Below, piece after piece: positions 30,033 through 39,320 of a stretch of 64,000 nucleotides of DNA. Where the stretch lies: the IMG/VR virus record IMGVR_UViG_3300021400_004456; one strand, written 5' to 3'. Within the stretch, counting starts at the first letter, position 1. Every line of letters begins with the position of its first letter. This DNA is from a virus (lineage: Duplodnaviria > Heunggongvirae > Uroviricota > Caudoviricetes). Made by a program: the position numbers and the translations under genes. A model generated the notes under the pieces. That model saw only the letters and a list, made by a program, of their open reading frames with translations. It was not told where the DNA came from and did no database searches.

Positions 30033-30896
30033 ATGGCTGAAAAAATTTATATGTATGTTATAATAGGTATAATTCTTTGCATTCTAATAACTGCATTATT
30101 TACGTACTTAGTTGCTAAAGAAGGTAATAATAATCCTTACGTTTCTGTAATCAATCCTTCTACAACTGATTTCACTAAAATTGTCAATGATAGCAATGTA
30201 AAAAAGCGTAAAAAAGAATTAGAAAAAGAAGAAAAGAAACGTAAAAGAGCTGAGGATAGCGAATTAGGAAAAAAATTCAAAAACTGGTATATTCAAGCTG
30301 GCAAGCCCGAAAAAAATATCAATGACTTTATAAAAACTGAATTGTTAATGTTATTTACAGGCCTTTTAATGATTTTTGTTTTCTTACTTACGATGCATAA
30401 TTTCTGGATTGGTTTTGCAATTGCAGTTGTTGCTTTGCTTTTTCCTGTATTAGATTTAGCTGGTGATATTTCAGAAAGAAAAGCCTCTTTTAGAAAAGAT
30501 TTTGCATATTTTCTTCAAACTTTATCATTTGTTTTATCTAACGGTGGAGTTTTGCAAGCCTCTTTCGTAGAAGTTACAAATAAACAAGAAGAAGGTGTGT
30601 TAAAAGAAATTATGAAAGAAGTAATTGTTGCTCAAAAGGTTAATGGCGGAGATTTCTCTAAAGCTTTCTCAACAATTGCTGAAAAAATTCAAATTGATGA
30701 AACAAAAGAATTCGTAGAAATTATTCAAAACAACTTAGCTAAAGGTATTCCTGTGGCCGAAACATTTGCTTCTCAATCTGAATCAATTTCCAGATATACT
30801 CGAAATAAAAAAACTAAAAAGATACGTAATATGTCTAATACTATCATTCTTCCAATTTTCTTTGTAATTGGTGCTATCGGCATTTTATTTGCATAA
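30033..30896 (+). CDS. tadC: TadC platform protein (T2SSF)
   Basis: TM pattern, KGIPVAETFASQS, TIILPIF; follows tadB. Confidence 0.8.
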   Translation: MAEKIYMYVIIGIILCILITALFTYLVAKEGNNNPYVSVINPSTTDFTKIVNDSNVKKRKKELEKEEKKRKRAEDSELGKKFKNWYIQAGKPEKNINDFIKTELLMLFTGLLMIFVFLLTMHNFWIGFAIAVVALLFPVLDLAGDISERKASFRKDFAYFLQTLSFVLSNGGVLQASFVEVTNKQEEGVLKEIMKEVIVAQKVNGGDFSKAFSTIAEKIQIDETKEFVEIIQNNLAKGIPVAETFASQSESISRYTRNKKTKKIRNMSNTIILPIFFVIGAIGILFA

Positions 30897-30901
30897 TGAA
30901 T

Positions 30902-30924
30902 GGAGCCCTTATGGGTTCTTTTTT
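30902..30924 (+). terminator. Intrinsic terminator
   Basis: GGAGCCC/GGGTTCT plus T-run. Confidence 0.75.
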
Positions 30925-30927
30925 ATT

Positions 30928-30936
30928 AAAACATAA
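30928..30936 (+). promoter_or_regulatory. Class I motif AAAACATAA
   Basis: After terminator, before exonuclease. Confidence 0.65.
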
Positions 30937-30994
30937 TTTTAAATGTAAAAGAATTATCAAAAAAGATAAAATATATAGAAAAGAGGAAAAATAA

Positions 30995-31876
30995 ATGTTA
31001 TTTAATGATTATAAAAAGATTATATTTTTAGATGCTGAAGCTAGTGGCACTGATACCAGAACCGCTCAATCTTTAGAATGGGCTATGGCCGAAATGGTAG
31101 CTGATGGATATAGTAAATTGAAGGTAATTAAACAAACTGATTTCTTTGTTTCGGGAACCGGAATTATTCCTGAAGAAGTTATTTTATACGATGCTCAACC
31201 TACTGATTTTAATGAGTTTAAGAAAAGAGCTAAAGAAAAAGGTATTGCTGTTGAAGAATTTAAGTTACCAGTATCTATTACTGAATTAACTCACATTCAC
31301 TCAGAAAATTTAGATCCTAATAAATCTAAAGCTTTCCCCGAAGATGTAATTGCTCAAACATTTGCAAAGAAGTTATTCCAACCTGACACATTGGTTATGT
31401 CATATAATTTAAATTATGACTTAAATTTAATTGCTACAATGCTTGAAAAGCACAATATTAAAGTGGATTGGGAAGCCCCTGATTATCTAGATTTGTTAGC
31501 TGTTTATAAGGACTTAAATTCTTATGATGGCGAAGTTGATGGCGGTAGAGTTATTGATGGTGTGAAATGTGATGTTAAGTGCTTAGGACATCGTTTAGAT
31601 GCAGCCCTAAAGAAATACAATGTAACTATCGATCCGCAATATCGTCATAGAGCTATCGGTGATGTTTTGGCATCAGTAGAAGTATTACAAAAGATGATTG
31701 CAGAAGGAGTTCAATTTAGAGTTTATTTAAATTACCTTTCTTACAAAGAAAAATTTAAGGATACTTTAATTTATCTTCCTGCTAAGAAAATCACTTATGT
31801 TCCTGTAGTTAAGAAGTTTGATTTAAGATTTTATTCTTTAAAGAAATGGAAGGAACAGCAAGCACAAAATCAATAA
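30995..31876 (+). CDS. DEDDh 3'-5' exonuclease (DnaQ/epsilon-like)
   Basis: ExoI FLDAEASG, ExoII SYNLNYD, ExoIII HRAIGDV. Confidence 0.85.
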   Translation: MLFNDYKKIIFLDAEASGTDTRTAQSLEWAMAEMVADGYSKLKVIKQTDFFVSGTGIIPEEVILYDAQPTDFNEFKKRAKEKGIAVEEFKLPVSITELTHIHSENLDPNKSKAFPEDVIAQTFAKKLFQPDTLVMSYNLNYDLNLIATMLEKHNIKVDWEAPDYLDLLAVYKDLNSYDGEVDGGRVIDGVKCDVKCLGHRLDAALKKYNVTIDPQYRHRAIGDVLASVEVLQKMIAEGVQFRVYLNYLSYKEKFKDTLIYLPAKKITYVPVVKKFDLRFYSLKKWKEQQAQNQ

Positions 31877-31883
31877 TCTAATT

Positions 31884-31906
31884 AAAAGTCTCGTAAGAGG
31901 CTTTTT
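31884..31906 (+). terminator. Intrinsic terminator
   Basis: AAAAGTCTC/GAGGCTTTT. Confidence 0.75.
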
Positions 31907-31934
31907 ATTTTTTTCTTCATTTTTTTTGTTTTTT

Positions 31935-31943
31935 AAAACATAA
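31935..31943 (+). promoter_or_regulatory. Class I motif AAAACATAA
   Basis: Before 31972. Confidence 0.65.
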
Positions 31944-31971
31944 TATTATTAAATTTAAAAGAGGTGAAAAA

Positions 31972-32451
31972 ATGCCTAATTATGATTTAGATTATGACGA
32001 TGACGACTTTGAAGACGAAGGTGAAGTTTTTCAAAACCCTGCCGAAAAATTGAATACGTTAAAAAATCAAATTTTAATATTAAATGACAAAATTTCTGAG
32101 CAACAAAAGAATGTTGAAAAATTAGAACAAAAGCAATTTATTAAAGTGTATATTTATTATGTAGGAACTTCAACTTCTGTTAATTCAAAGCCTTTAGAGG
32201 ATAACAACTTAGAAGAAGTAAGTAAAATTTTAAACTTTTCAGATGTTGAAAAAATTGCAATTAAAGACTATATAAAGCAAATAAATACTTTATTAGATTT
32301 AAAAAAGAATAAAGCTTTTTTTGAAGAAGAAACTCAAAAAATTATAGAAGAAGAAAAACTAAAAAAGCAACAAGATATGACAATCTTTAATGCCATTGAA
32401 AAAGTTGTATTAGATAAGTATAAAAAACAAAAAGAAGGAAGTAACAAATGA
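31972..32451 (+). CDS. Hypothetical coiled-coil protein
   Basis: GAGGTG RBS. Confidence 0.7.
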   Translation: MPNYDLDYDDDDFEDEGEVFQNPAEKLNTLKNQILILNDKISEQQKNVEKLEQKQFIKVYIYYVGTSTSVNSKPLEDNNLEEVSKILNFSDVEKIAIKDYIKQINTLLDLKKNKAFFEEETQKIIEEEKLKKQQDMTIFNAIEKVVLDKYKKQKEGSNK

Positions 32452-32852
32452 TAAATTTTAATGCTGTTAATTTTAAAACTTTAACCAATAATAAAGGTAA
32501 AGAAGAAACTCAATATATTGCTAATTTAAAGGTTGAAGGTTATCAAAACATTTTGATTACCGAAAATAATCTTTGCAAAAGAAATAAAACGGTTTTAGCA
32601 TATTTGCCAGATGGTGAACAAGAATTTTTCTTAATCAATTGTGTTGAAAATGATGAATTTGATATGTATTTAATTACGCCTGATAAAAAGAAAAGAGCGT
32701 TTTGCGTAAGAACTTCTGACTTAGATTCAGAAGAAACAGCTTTCTTTTATAACCCTAATGAAAAATATTATGGAATTTATAAAAATTCTAAACCTCACAT
32801 TAATTTAAAAGAAACAATTGAAGAATATTTATCTAAATATAGATATTATTAA
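32448..32852 (+). CDS. Hypothetical protein
   Basis: ATGA overlap with upstream gene. Confidence 0.7.
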   Translation: MINFNAVNFKTLTNNKGKEETQYIANLKVEGYQNILITENNLCKRNKTVLAYLPDGEQEFFLINCVENDEFDMYLITPDKKKRAFCVRTSDLDSEETAFFYNPNEKYYGIYKNSKPHINLKETIEEYLSKYRYY

Positions 32853-32873
32853 TTTTAAAAAGGAGTATTAATT

Positions 32874-33203
32874 ATGAAAACAAAAAATATTATTTTAACC
32901 GGAACTTTTAAAAATAAAAATAGACCTGACTTGTTTAAACTATTAACTAAGTTTTCTGAAGTAAATGAAGATTTTTGCGGTAAATCTGGACTTGATTTTA
33001 TAAGTGATGAAGCTCGTAAAGAAGGGCTTCACTCTGATTTTGAATTATTCTTAAAATTAGAAGACAAACATTCTTCTATTGAAGATATTATAAAAAATTT
33101 TTGCGATATGTTAGGCGATTTTGAAATGGAAGAACCTAAATATGTATTAACAGAAGTTGGCACTGTAACAGTTTTAACAATTTCTATTGTTAGATATATT
33201 TAA
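32874..33203 (+). CDS. Hypothetical protein
   Basis: AAGGAG RBS; terminator-like hairpin at 33208-33234. Confidence 0.7.
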   Translation: MKTKNIILTGTFKNKNRPDLFKLLTKFSEVNEDFCGKSGLDFISDEARKEGLHSDFELFLKLEDKHSSIEDIIKNFCDMLGDFEMEEPKYVLTEVGTVTVLTISIVRYI

Positions 33204-33259
33204 AAGAAAGGAGAATTTTTTAATTCTCTTTTTTCTTTTCTCTAAATGGTAGGGATTTA

Positions 33260-33268
33260 AAAACATAA
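33260..33268 (+). promoter_or_regulatory. Class I motif AAAACATAA
   Basis: Before second Tad operon. Confidence 0.65.
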
Positions 33269-33305
33269 AATAAAAGAAATAATATTTTCGAAAAGGAGTT
33301 ATTAT

Positions 33306-35432
33306 ATGAAAAAGAAGAAAACTTTATTATTAATTTTACTTTTTATTTTGACATTGGTAGGAACGTTGGGCTTATTTACTTTTATCATTGTGAAATCGTA
33401 TAACGACAACAAGACATATTATTACGTTGCAACAAGAGATTTTGATGTTCAAACTAAAATAACCGAACTTGATGTAAATACATATTTTGCAAAAGTAGAA
33501 GGTACAAAAGAATATGCTGAAACTTTATCTAACAACCGCATCGCTATAGTTACCAATCTTAATGACTTAATCGGAAGAACTGTAGCAGTTCCAATTGCAA
33601 AAGGTGATATTATTACTTATCCAAAAGTTACTGACAGTGCTATAGAAAGAGAAAAAAAGGAGGAATTTAAAAACCCTCAATATATTCCTCTTTCATTTGA
33701 CGCTTCTAATGTTTTAGCAAAAGAAATTATTGTAAATAATAAAGTAGCAATAATGATTGACACTTCATTAAGCAACTTAACTTATGCAACTCAAACAGTA
33801 TCTTCACCTTCAACAGCTGAAAATCCAGATACAACAAATTCAAATTCGGCTTCTTTAGATAATGCTTCTAAAGGACGTTTATTAAGTGTTGTATGTACAA
33901 AAGCTATTGTTAAAAAAAATGAAATTGATAAAACAGGCAAATATAATGTTTTATTACAAATGGAATATGAAGATGCATTAAACTTATTATCTTTATCAAG
34001 CACTTCGACTCTTTATTTGCTAGACAATCAAAAAAATACTATTACTGAAAAGACTTCGTTAATCAATTACAATGTGTTAGCTAACACATTTGCTTCAACA
34101 GGGTTAGATGTAAGTTTAACTGATTTTGAATGTTGGATTTCTCGTATAAATTCTGATGGCACAATTGTTGGTACTTTCAACTTTGATGATGAAAATGACG
34201 TAACATATGTTAGTGCTGATTCAAGTAAAAGTTCAATGCCTTCTGTGTTAGATCCGTCAGCTAAAATTAAAAACATCAAGCTCGAAAATGAAACAACCTT
34301 ACAATTACAATGGTTTTCTTATGTTCCATATGTATATATAAAGCACTACGATGAAAATGGTCAAGAAGTTAACGACTACGGAAAATATACTATAGCTAAT
34401 AACGATTTTAGTTACAATTCTAAAACTGAAAAATCAACTTTAAAATTAAATTTAACAAACGGAGTTTATGAAGTTGGTTTCTTCAATGAAAGTGGTTCTT
34501 TAATGAACACATACGTATTTACAGTTGAAAATGCTGTAAAATATACCTATACTGCTGTTAACGATGAAAAAATTAAAATTTCTAGTGTTGAAAATTCTAC
34601 ATACTCATACTCTTTAGCAATCAGCAAAGAACTATTAAATAATCTAGAAAGTTTAAACGGCTTACCTGTTAATTCTTTTAAAATTGATGGTGATGACACT
34701 AAGTATGATTTAGATGAAATGCTAACATTAAATGACAATTCATATTATTATGTAGTGGTTAATGATAGTTTAAATTTTAGTGCTGATACAAACAATGCTG
34801 TAATAAAAACTCTTCATTTCTATAATGATGGCGACGAACTTCAAGCTAGTGGAACAAAAACCATTAAATTACTTTTAAAAGAGAATCAAATTGTTTGTAA
34901 TGAGTATGGTGTTCTTCCTATCGTATATTCTACTTATACTTCAAATTCAGCTACAAATTATAATACATTAAACTCTACAACAGTATCAAATTTCCAAAAA
35001 GAATATTTTAATAAAGTTGAACTTTTAAAGAATGTTCAAGTAACTGATGAATATGATTTAAATAGAATTTTCAATCTTGAAAATTTGGAAGATTTTGAAG
35101 CAAGCTTCTTAAATACAACAGTATCTGAGATGAGTATTATTGTTAATGATACGACATACACATTCTCTATGAAACAATTTAAAGACTTGCATTCCTTATC
35201 AATAGAAAAAACAATTGATAAAGGTATCGAAAACTTTGATGACGAAACATTAGAAGTGCTAGATTCAATGAAGACAATTCTTAATCTTGATTTAAATTCA
35301 CCTGATGTTAATAATTTAGATTTAATTAAGATTTTCCTTTTATTCAAAGGCCAATATTCTAATATATTAAGTAATATTACAGTTGTATTATCAACACCTG
35401 AAAATAGCGTCGCAATCGCTTTACAACATTAA
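33306..35432 (+). CDS. cpaB: RcpC/CpaB-like (SAF domain) Tad protein with long C-terminal extension
   Basis: N-terminal TM, YVATRDFDVQTKITE...LIGRTVAVPIAKGDII SAF pattern; heads Tad operon. Confidence 0.7.
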   Translation: MKKKKTLLLILLFILTLVGTLGLFTFIIVKSYNDNKTYYYVATRDFDVQTKITELDVNTYFAKVEGTKEYAETLSNNRIAIVTNLNDLIGRTVAVPIAKGDIITYPKVTDSAIEREKKEEFKNPQYIPLSFDASNVLAKEIIVNNKVAIMIDTSLSNLTYATQTVSSPSTAENPDTTNSNSASLDNASKGRLLSVVCTKAIVKKNEIDKTGKYNVLLQMEYEDALNLLSLSSTSTLYLLDNQKNTITEKTSLINYNVLANTFASTGLDVSLTDFECWISRINSDGTIVGTFNFDDENDVTYVSADSSKSSMPSVLDPSAKIKNIKLENETTLQLQWFSYVPYVYIKHYDENGQEVNDYGKYTIANNDFSYNSKTEKSTLKLNLTNGVYEVGFFNESGSLMNTYVFTVENAVKYTYTAVNDEKIKISSVENSTYSYSLAISKELLNNLESLNGLPVNSFKIDGDDTKYDLDEMLTLNDNSYYYVVVNDSLNFSADTNNAVIKTLHFYNDGDELQASGTKTIKLLLKENQIVCNEYGVLPIVYSTYTSNSATNYNTLNSTTVSNFQKEYFNKVELLKNVQVTDEYDLNRIFNLENLEDFEASFLNTTVSEMSIIVNDTTYTFSMKQFKDLHSLSIEKTIDKGIENFDDETLEVLDSMKTILNLDLNSPDVNNLDLIKIFLLFKGQYSNILSNITVVLSTPENSVAIALQH

Positions 35433-35448
35433 TTCAAAGGAGAAAAAT

Positions 35449-37638
35449 ATGAAAACAGTATATATTTTAAAACACCCTCAAACAGCAATTCTTTCATATT
35501 TAAACGAATTATCAAGCGCTATTAGTTCAAAAAAAGATGATTTAGTTTTAGATGGTTATGATGATTGTAATGATGACGGACTACAAAAATTTGCATTTGC
35601 AATGTCCGACATTCTAATTACTGATATTATTGATAAAGAATTATATGATCAAGTAATGCAATTAAATGGATATTGCAATATTATAATTTTAGCTTCTGAT
35701 ATTAATAGAGCTCAAGCAATTGTTGCTGATTATCAAAAAGCAGGAATTTATAAAGTTTCTTTTGTTAACATTTCACACGTAGATGTTAACACTTTAAGTA
35801 ATAATTTATGTGAACACGAGGAAGGAAGTGTAGATTTATCTATCTCTCCTTTCTCTAGTGAAGAATTACATAATGATACGACTTTTGAAGATATTCAAAA
35901 AGAAGTTAAAGCTGAAGAAGAACAAAGATTAGAAGATAGTCATCAGGCTGATGATACGTTCTTAAAGACTTTCTCTAATGATGTTATTTTAGAAAGTGAA
36001 ACTTCCGATGTTGTTAATGAAGAAAAAACTGACAATGAAGAAGAAAATGGTGAAGAAGAAAACACTGATAAAAAGCAAGATAAATCTTCTATTATGTCTA
36101 ATTCTAGTGTGTTAAATGAAATTAGAGAAGAAAAGATAGTCAATATCACAACAAATGTTTCAGATTTATCAACTAAGGTTATTTCGTTAGTATCTAAAAA
36201 AGGTGGAACTGGTAAATCAACATTTGCTAAAGAAATGGCTAATTTCTATTCACATCTTCAAAAACCAAAAAGCCGTGAAAATTATCGTGTAACTGTTCTT
36301 GACTTTGATTTTGAAAGAGGTTCTCAAAGAACTCTATTAGGTATAGATAATCCATATCCTAACATTTATACTTGGATTAATGATATTCTAGACAAAATAG
36401 AAGATGGCTCAAAAATTGATAACATTTACTTTTCAAGTTATGAAGTAATGAACTATCTTATGAGTGTTCAAAACTCAAACTTTTCTGTATTAATTACAAA
36501 TCAAGGTAATTTACCAATTAAGATTTTAGAAAAGCTAAGCAGACACGCTGAACAAGAAGAAGGCTTACTTGAAAAAATTTTAAAGAAAATAATTAAAGCA
36601 GTTATTCAAGTATCTGATATAGTAATAATTGATACTCCATCTAGTTTTGACGAATTTTCTGTTGTAGCTATGGAAAATAGTAATAACATATTATATATGT
36701 TACAGCCTACAATTCCCGATATTGAAAACTTCAAAGTTTTCGTGGATGAAGTAAAAGATTATAAAAAGATTTCATTTGATAAAATTGGAATAGTAATTAA
36801 TAATTTCTACACAAAGAATTTCAATGATACTACTAAGGAATTATTAAATGATATTACATATAATGTTTATGATATTAAAACAACAAAGGACATCGTAAAA
36901 CATTTCCCAATTATTTCTGAAAATCCTTTTGACATAAACTATACAATAGTTTCTCAAAATTATGCATTTATGCGTAAGAAAACAGATTCAATTATTACAA
37001 TGTGTCATTATTGCTTACCAATGTTTAGAGTAAACCAAATTGTTCAATATAAAAAACAAGTTGGAAACTTACCAAAACAAAAATCTAAAAAAGAATTAGC
37101 TAAAGAAAAAAAAGCTAAGATGCTTCAAGAAATGCTTGAAGCTAAAAAGCGTGAGAAAGAAGAAAAACTAAAAAAGAAAATTCAAAAGAATTCACCAAAT
37201 AAGGTTGAAGAGAAAGCAGCTAATTTAAATGAAAATCTAACTGTTTCAAACGATAACCTTGTTTTAAGCGAACAAAATGTTTCTGAAAATAAGTTAGATG
37301 ATGTTGTCCTAAAAGACAACAATAAAAATAATATTCAAAATGGGGAAACAGTTTTAGAGGAAAAGAATGATAATATAGTAAATGATATTGAAATTCCTTT
37401 TGAAACTGAATCTACTCCAGAGCCTAATGTTTTCACAAAAGAAGAAGCTAATCATTATTTGAATAGTGATTTATCTAATGAAACATTAGCAGGCTTCGTT
37501 GGTAACTTACAAAAAATGCCAATGGTTAGTAAAACTAAGTATGGATATCCAATCTTCAATAAAAGGCCTATAAGTTTAAATAAGAAGGTTTGGAAAGAGT
37601 ATCAAAAAGCTTTATCAAAAGAGCTTTATAAAAAATAA
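35449..37638 (+). CDS. tadZ: TadZ/CpaE-like MinD/ParA-family ATPase
   Basis: Deviant Walker A SKKGGTGKS, VLDFD, IVIIDTP; AAGGAG RBS favours ATG 35449. Confidence 0.8.
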   Translation: MKTVYILKHPQTAILSYLNELSSAISSKKDDLVLDGYDDCNDDGLQKFAFAMSDILITDIIDKELYDQVMQLNGYCNIIILASDINRAQAIVADYQKAGIYKVSFVNISHVDVNTLSNNLCEHEEGSVDLSISPFSSEELHNDTTFEDIQKEVKAEEEQRLEDSHQADDTFLKTFSNDVILESETSDVVNEEKTDNEEENGEEENTDKKQDKSSIMSNSSVLNEIREEKIVNITTNVSDLSTKVISLVSKKGGTGKSTFAKEMANFYSHLQKPKSRENYRVTVLDFDFERGSQRTLLGIDNPYPNIYTWINDILDKIEDGSKIDNIYFSSYEVMNYLMSVQNSNFSVLITNQGNLPIKILEKLSRHAEQEEGLLEKILKKIIKAVIQVSDIVIIDTPSSFDEFSVVAMENSNNILYMLQPTIPDIENFKVFVDEVKDYKKISFDKIGIVINNFYTKNFNDTTKELLNDITYNVYDIKTTKDIVKHFPIISENPFDINYTIVSQNYAFMRKKTDSIITMCHYCLPMFRVNQIVQYKKQVGNLPKQKSKKELAKEKKAKMLQEMLEAKKREKEEKLKKKIQKNSPNKVEEKAANLNENLTVSNDNLVLSEQNVSENKLDDVVLKDNNKNNIQNGETVLEEKNDNIVNDIEIPFETESTPEPNVFTKEEANHYLNSDLSNETLAGFVGNLQKMPMVSKTKYGYPIFNKRPISLNKKVWKEYQKALSKELYKK

Positions 37639-37661
37639 TTTTTTTAAAAGGAGCAAGTAAA

Positions 37662-38231
37662 ATGCAGATAGTTTTTTATATTATTGTAGCTTTATCAATT
37701 CTAAGTTTCATAATTATTGGAGCTTTTGATGATTTAACAGCTACTATTCCCCATACAATAACTATCATCTTGATGTTATTAGGACTTTCTTCAATATTTA
37801 TTGATCAAAGTCCTGATAAAGTTTGGTGGCTGCCATTAACAATTGCTACAATTGTATTTGCAATACAAGTATTGTTATTTGTAATTATGGGTGAAAATGC
37901 CATTGGCGGTGGTGATATAAAAATTTTAACTATCTGCTGTTTTTTCATTCATTCTGTTGATAAATTATATACTTGGGCAATTTACTTTTCTATAGCCACT
38001 GCTTTAGCTTTAGTCACTTCTAAAACACATAAAGATAATGTAGTTAGAATGGGAAAATTTATTTGCCTTCCAATTATACCTGTATTTTTTAGTAGTAGAG
38101 AACTTGGCTTAGAAATAATAGTCCTTTATTTAGTTTTGATTTATGCAATTGATATTTTATTAGAAAGGAGGATACCAAATGAAGAAAAACAACTTTTTCA
38201 GCAAGATTGTAAAGAACAAAAGAGGAGGTAA
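37662..38231 (+). CDS. tadV: Prepilin peptidase (A24, TadV/CpaA)
   Basis: AFDD...IP and IGGGDIK catalytic aspartate motifs; multi-TM. Confidence 0.85.
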   Translation: MQIVFYIIVALSILSFIIIGAFDDLTATIPHTITIILMLLGLSSIFIDQSPDKVWWLPLTIATIVFAIQVLLFVIMGENAIGGGDIKILTICCFFIHSVDKLYTWAIYFSIATALALVTSKTHKDNVVRMGKFICLPIIPVFFSSRELGLEIIVLYLVLIYAIDILLERRIPNEEKQLFQQDCKEQKRR

Positions 38232-38724
38232 TACTGTTGATGCAATAATTATAACTCCTTTATGGGTTTCTATTTTAATTATTGTAATAATTTTCTTATC
38301 AACAATGTCACAAAAAAACAAAGTTGAACAAGTAGCAAATGATGTTTCGCAAATTATTATGGGTTCTAATGGTGACAATTATGTGCAAAATATAGAAAAT
38401 TATAGACAGACTTATGCTTCCGATTGTGAAATATTAGTTTATGAAGTTTTAAATTCATCTGCTGATACAGAGCATCAAACATTGTATTCTACGTCTTCCA
38501 CTGTAGGAGCAAGAAATTTTTCCAAGGGAACTTTCTGTAATATAGAAACAGCAGATGCCATTAACTTTTGGAAAAACGGTATTTTAATAAAATTTGTTGT
38601 AATAAGACCAACTCAATTTTATAATAATAAATTTACTGTTAATTTAACAGCGACAGACCGTTGGAGTTTTGCTAAAGAACTTGTTTATTCTTACAATTTG
38701 GTAGCTTTAGTTCCAAATGCTTAA
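38179..38724 (+). CDS. TadE-like pseudopilin
   Basis: KNKRG|GNTVD then hydrophobic helix with Pro. Confidence 0.75.
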   Translation: MKKNNFFSKIVKNKRGGNTVDAIIITPLWVSILIIVIIFLSTMSQKNKVEQVANDVSQIIMGSNGDNYVQNIENYRQTYASDCEILVYEVLNSSADTEHQTLYSTSSTVGARNFSKGTFCNIETADAINFWKNGILIKFVVIRPTQFYNNKFTVNLTATDRWSFAKELVYSYNLVALVPNA

Positions 38725-39295
38725 GTTTTTAAAAAACAAAAAAGGCTCAGCTTTATTAGAAACTATAATATTATGGCCTTTCTTTATATGGTTAATTTTT
38801 ATTTCAACAACTAAATTAATGATTATGGCTGAAAGAAATACTGCTGAAAATTTAAGTAAAAATTATTCAAGAACTTTAACAACAGCCTTGTCATTCGAAC
38901 AAGCTTTAGATGATATAGCATACGATTATAATTCTAAAAGGAAATCGTTCACTATTACCAATATAACTGTTGGCAAATTCAATATGGATTTTACATCTCA
39001 AGGTGGAGGTTCGTTTGAAAGTTGCATTTTGAACAACAAATTTGAAGTTTCTCGTTTGAACAGTATTACCACTCCTCAAAACATAGAATATTTCCATTCT
39101 TGTTGGAAGGCTGGTACTACTTGCAGTATAACAGTTTCTAAAAATTTGGGTGAAACAACATTTAAGTCTTTTACAACAGGTTATTTTTATGATCCAGTTG
39201 AAGGTAAACAATATGAACTTTCATTGCCTGGAACTAAAGAAACTTGTTTGTCAACTCATACAGGTATTTTGTATACTACTTCGAAAACTATTTAA
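38717..39295 (+). CDS. TadE/F-like pseudopilin
   Basis: KNKKG|SALLE (E+5) then hydrophobic helix. Confidence 0.8.
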   Translation: MLKFLKNKKGSALLETIILWPFFIWLIFISTTKLMIMAERNTAENLSKNYSRTLTTALSFEQALDDIAYDYNSKRKSFTITNITVGKFNMDFTSQGGGSFESCILNNKFEVSRLNSITTPQNIEYFHSCWKAGTTCSITVSKNLGETTFKSFTTGYFYDPVEGKQYELSLPGTKETCLSTHTGILYTTSKTI

Positions 39296-39320
39296 TTTAT
39301 TTTTTTAGGAGGGGGATAAA

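Noticed and set aside
648..33258. GGTAGGGATTT shared at ~648 and ~33248
   Set aside because: Only two copies; the first is one arm of a terminator-like hairpin; insufficient for a claim
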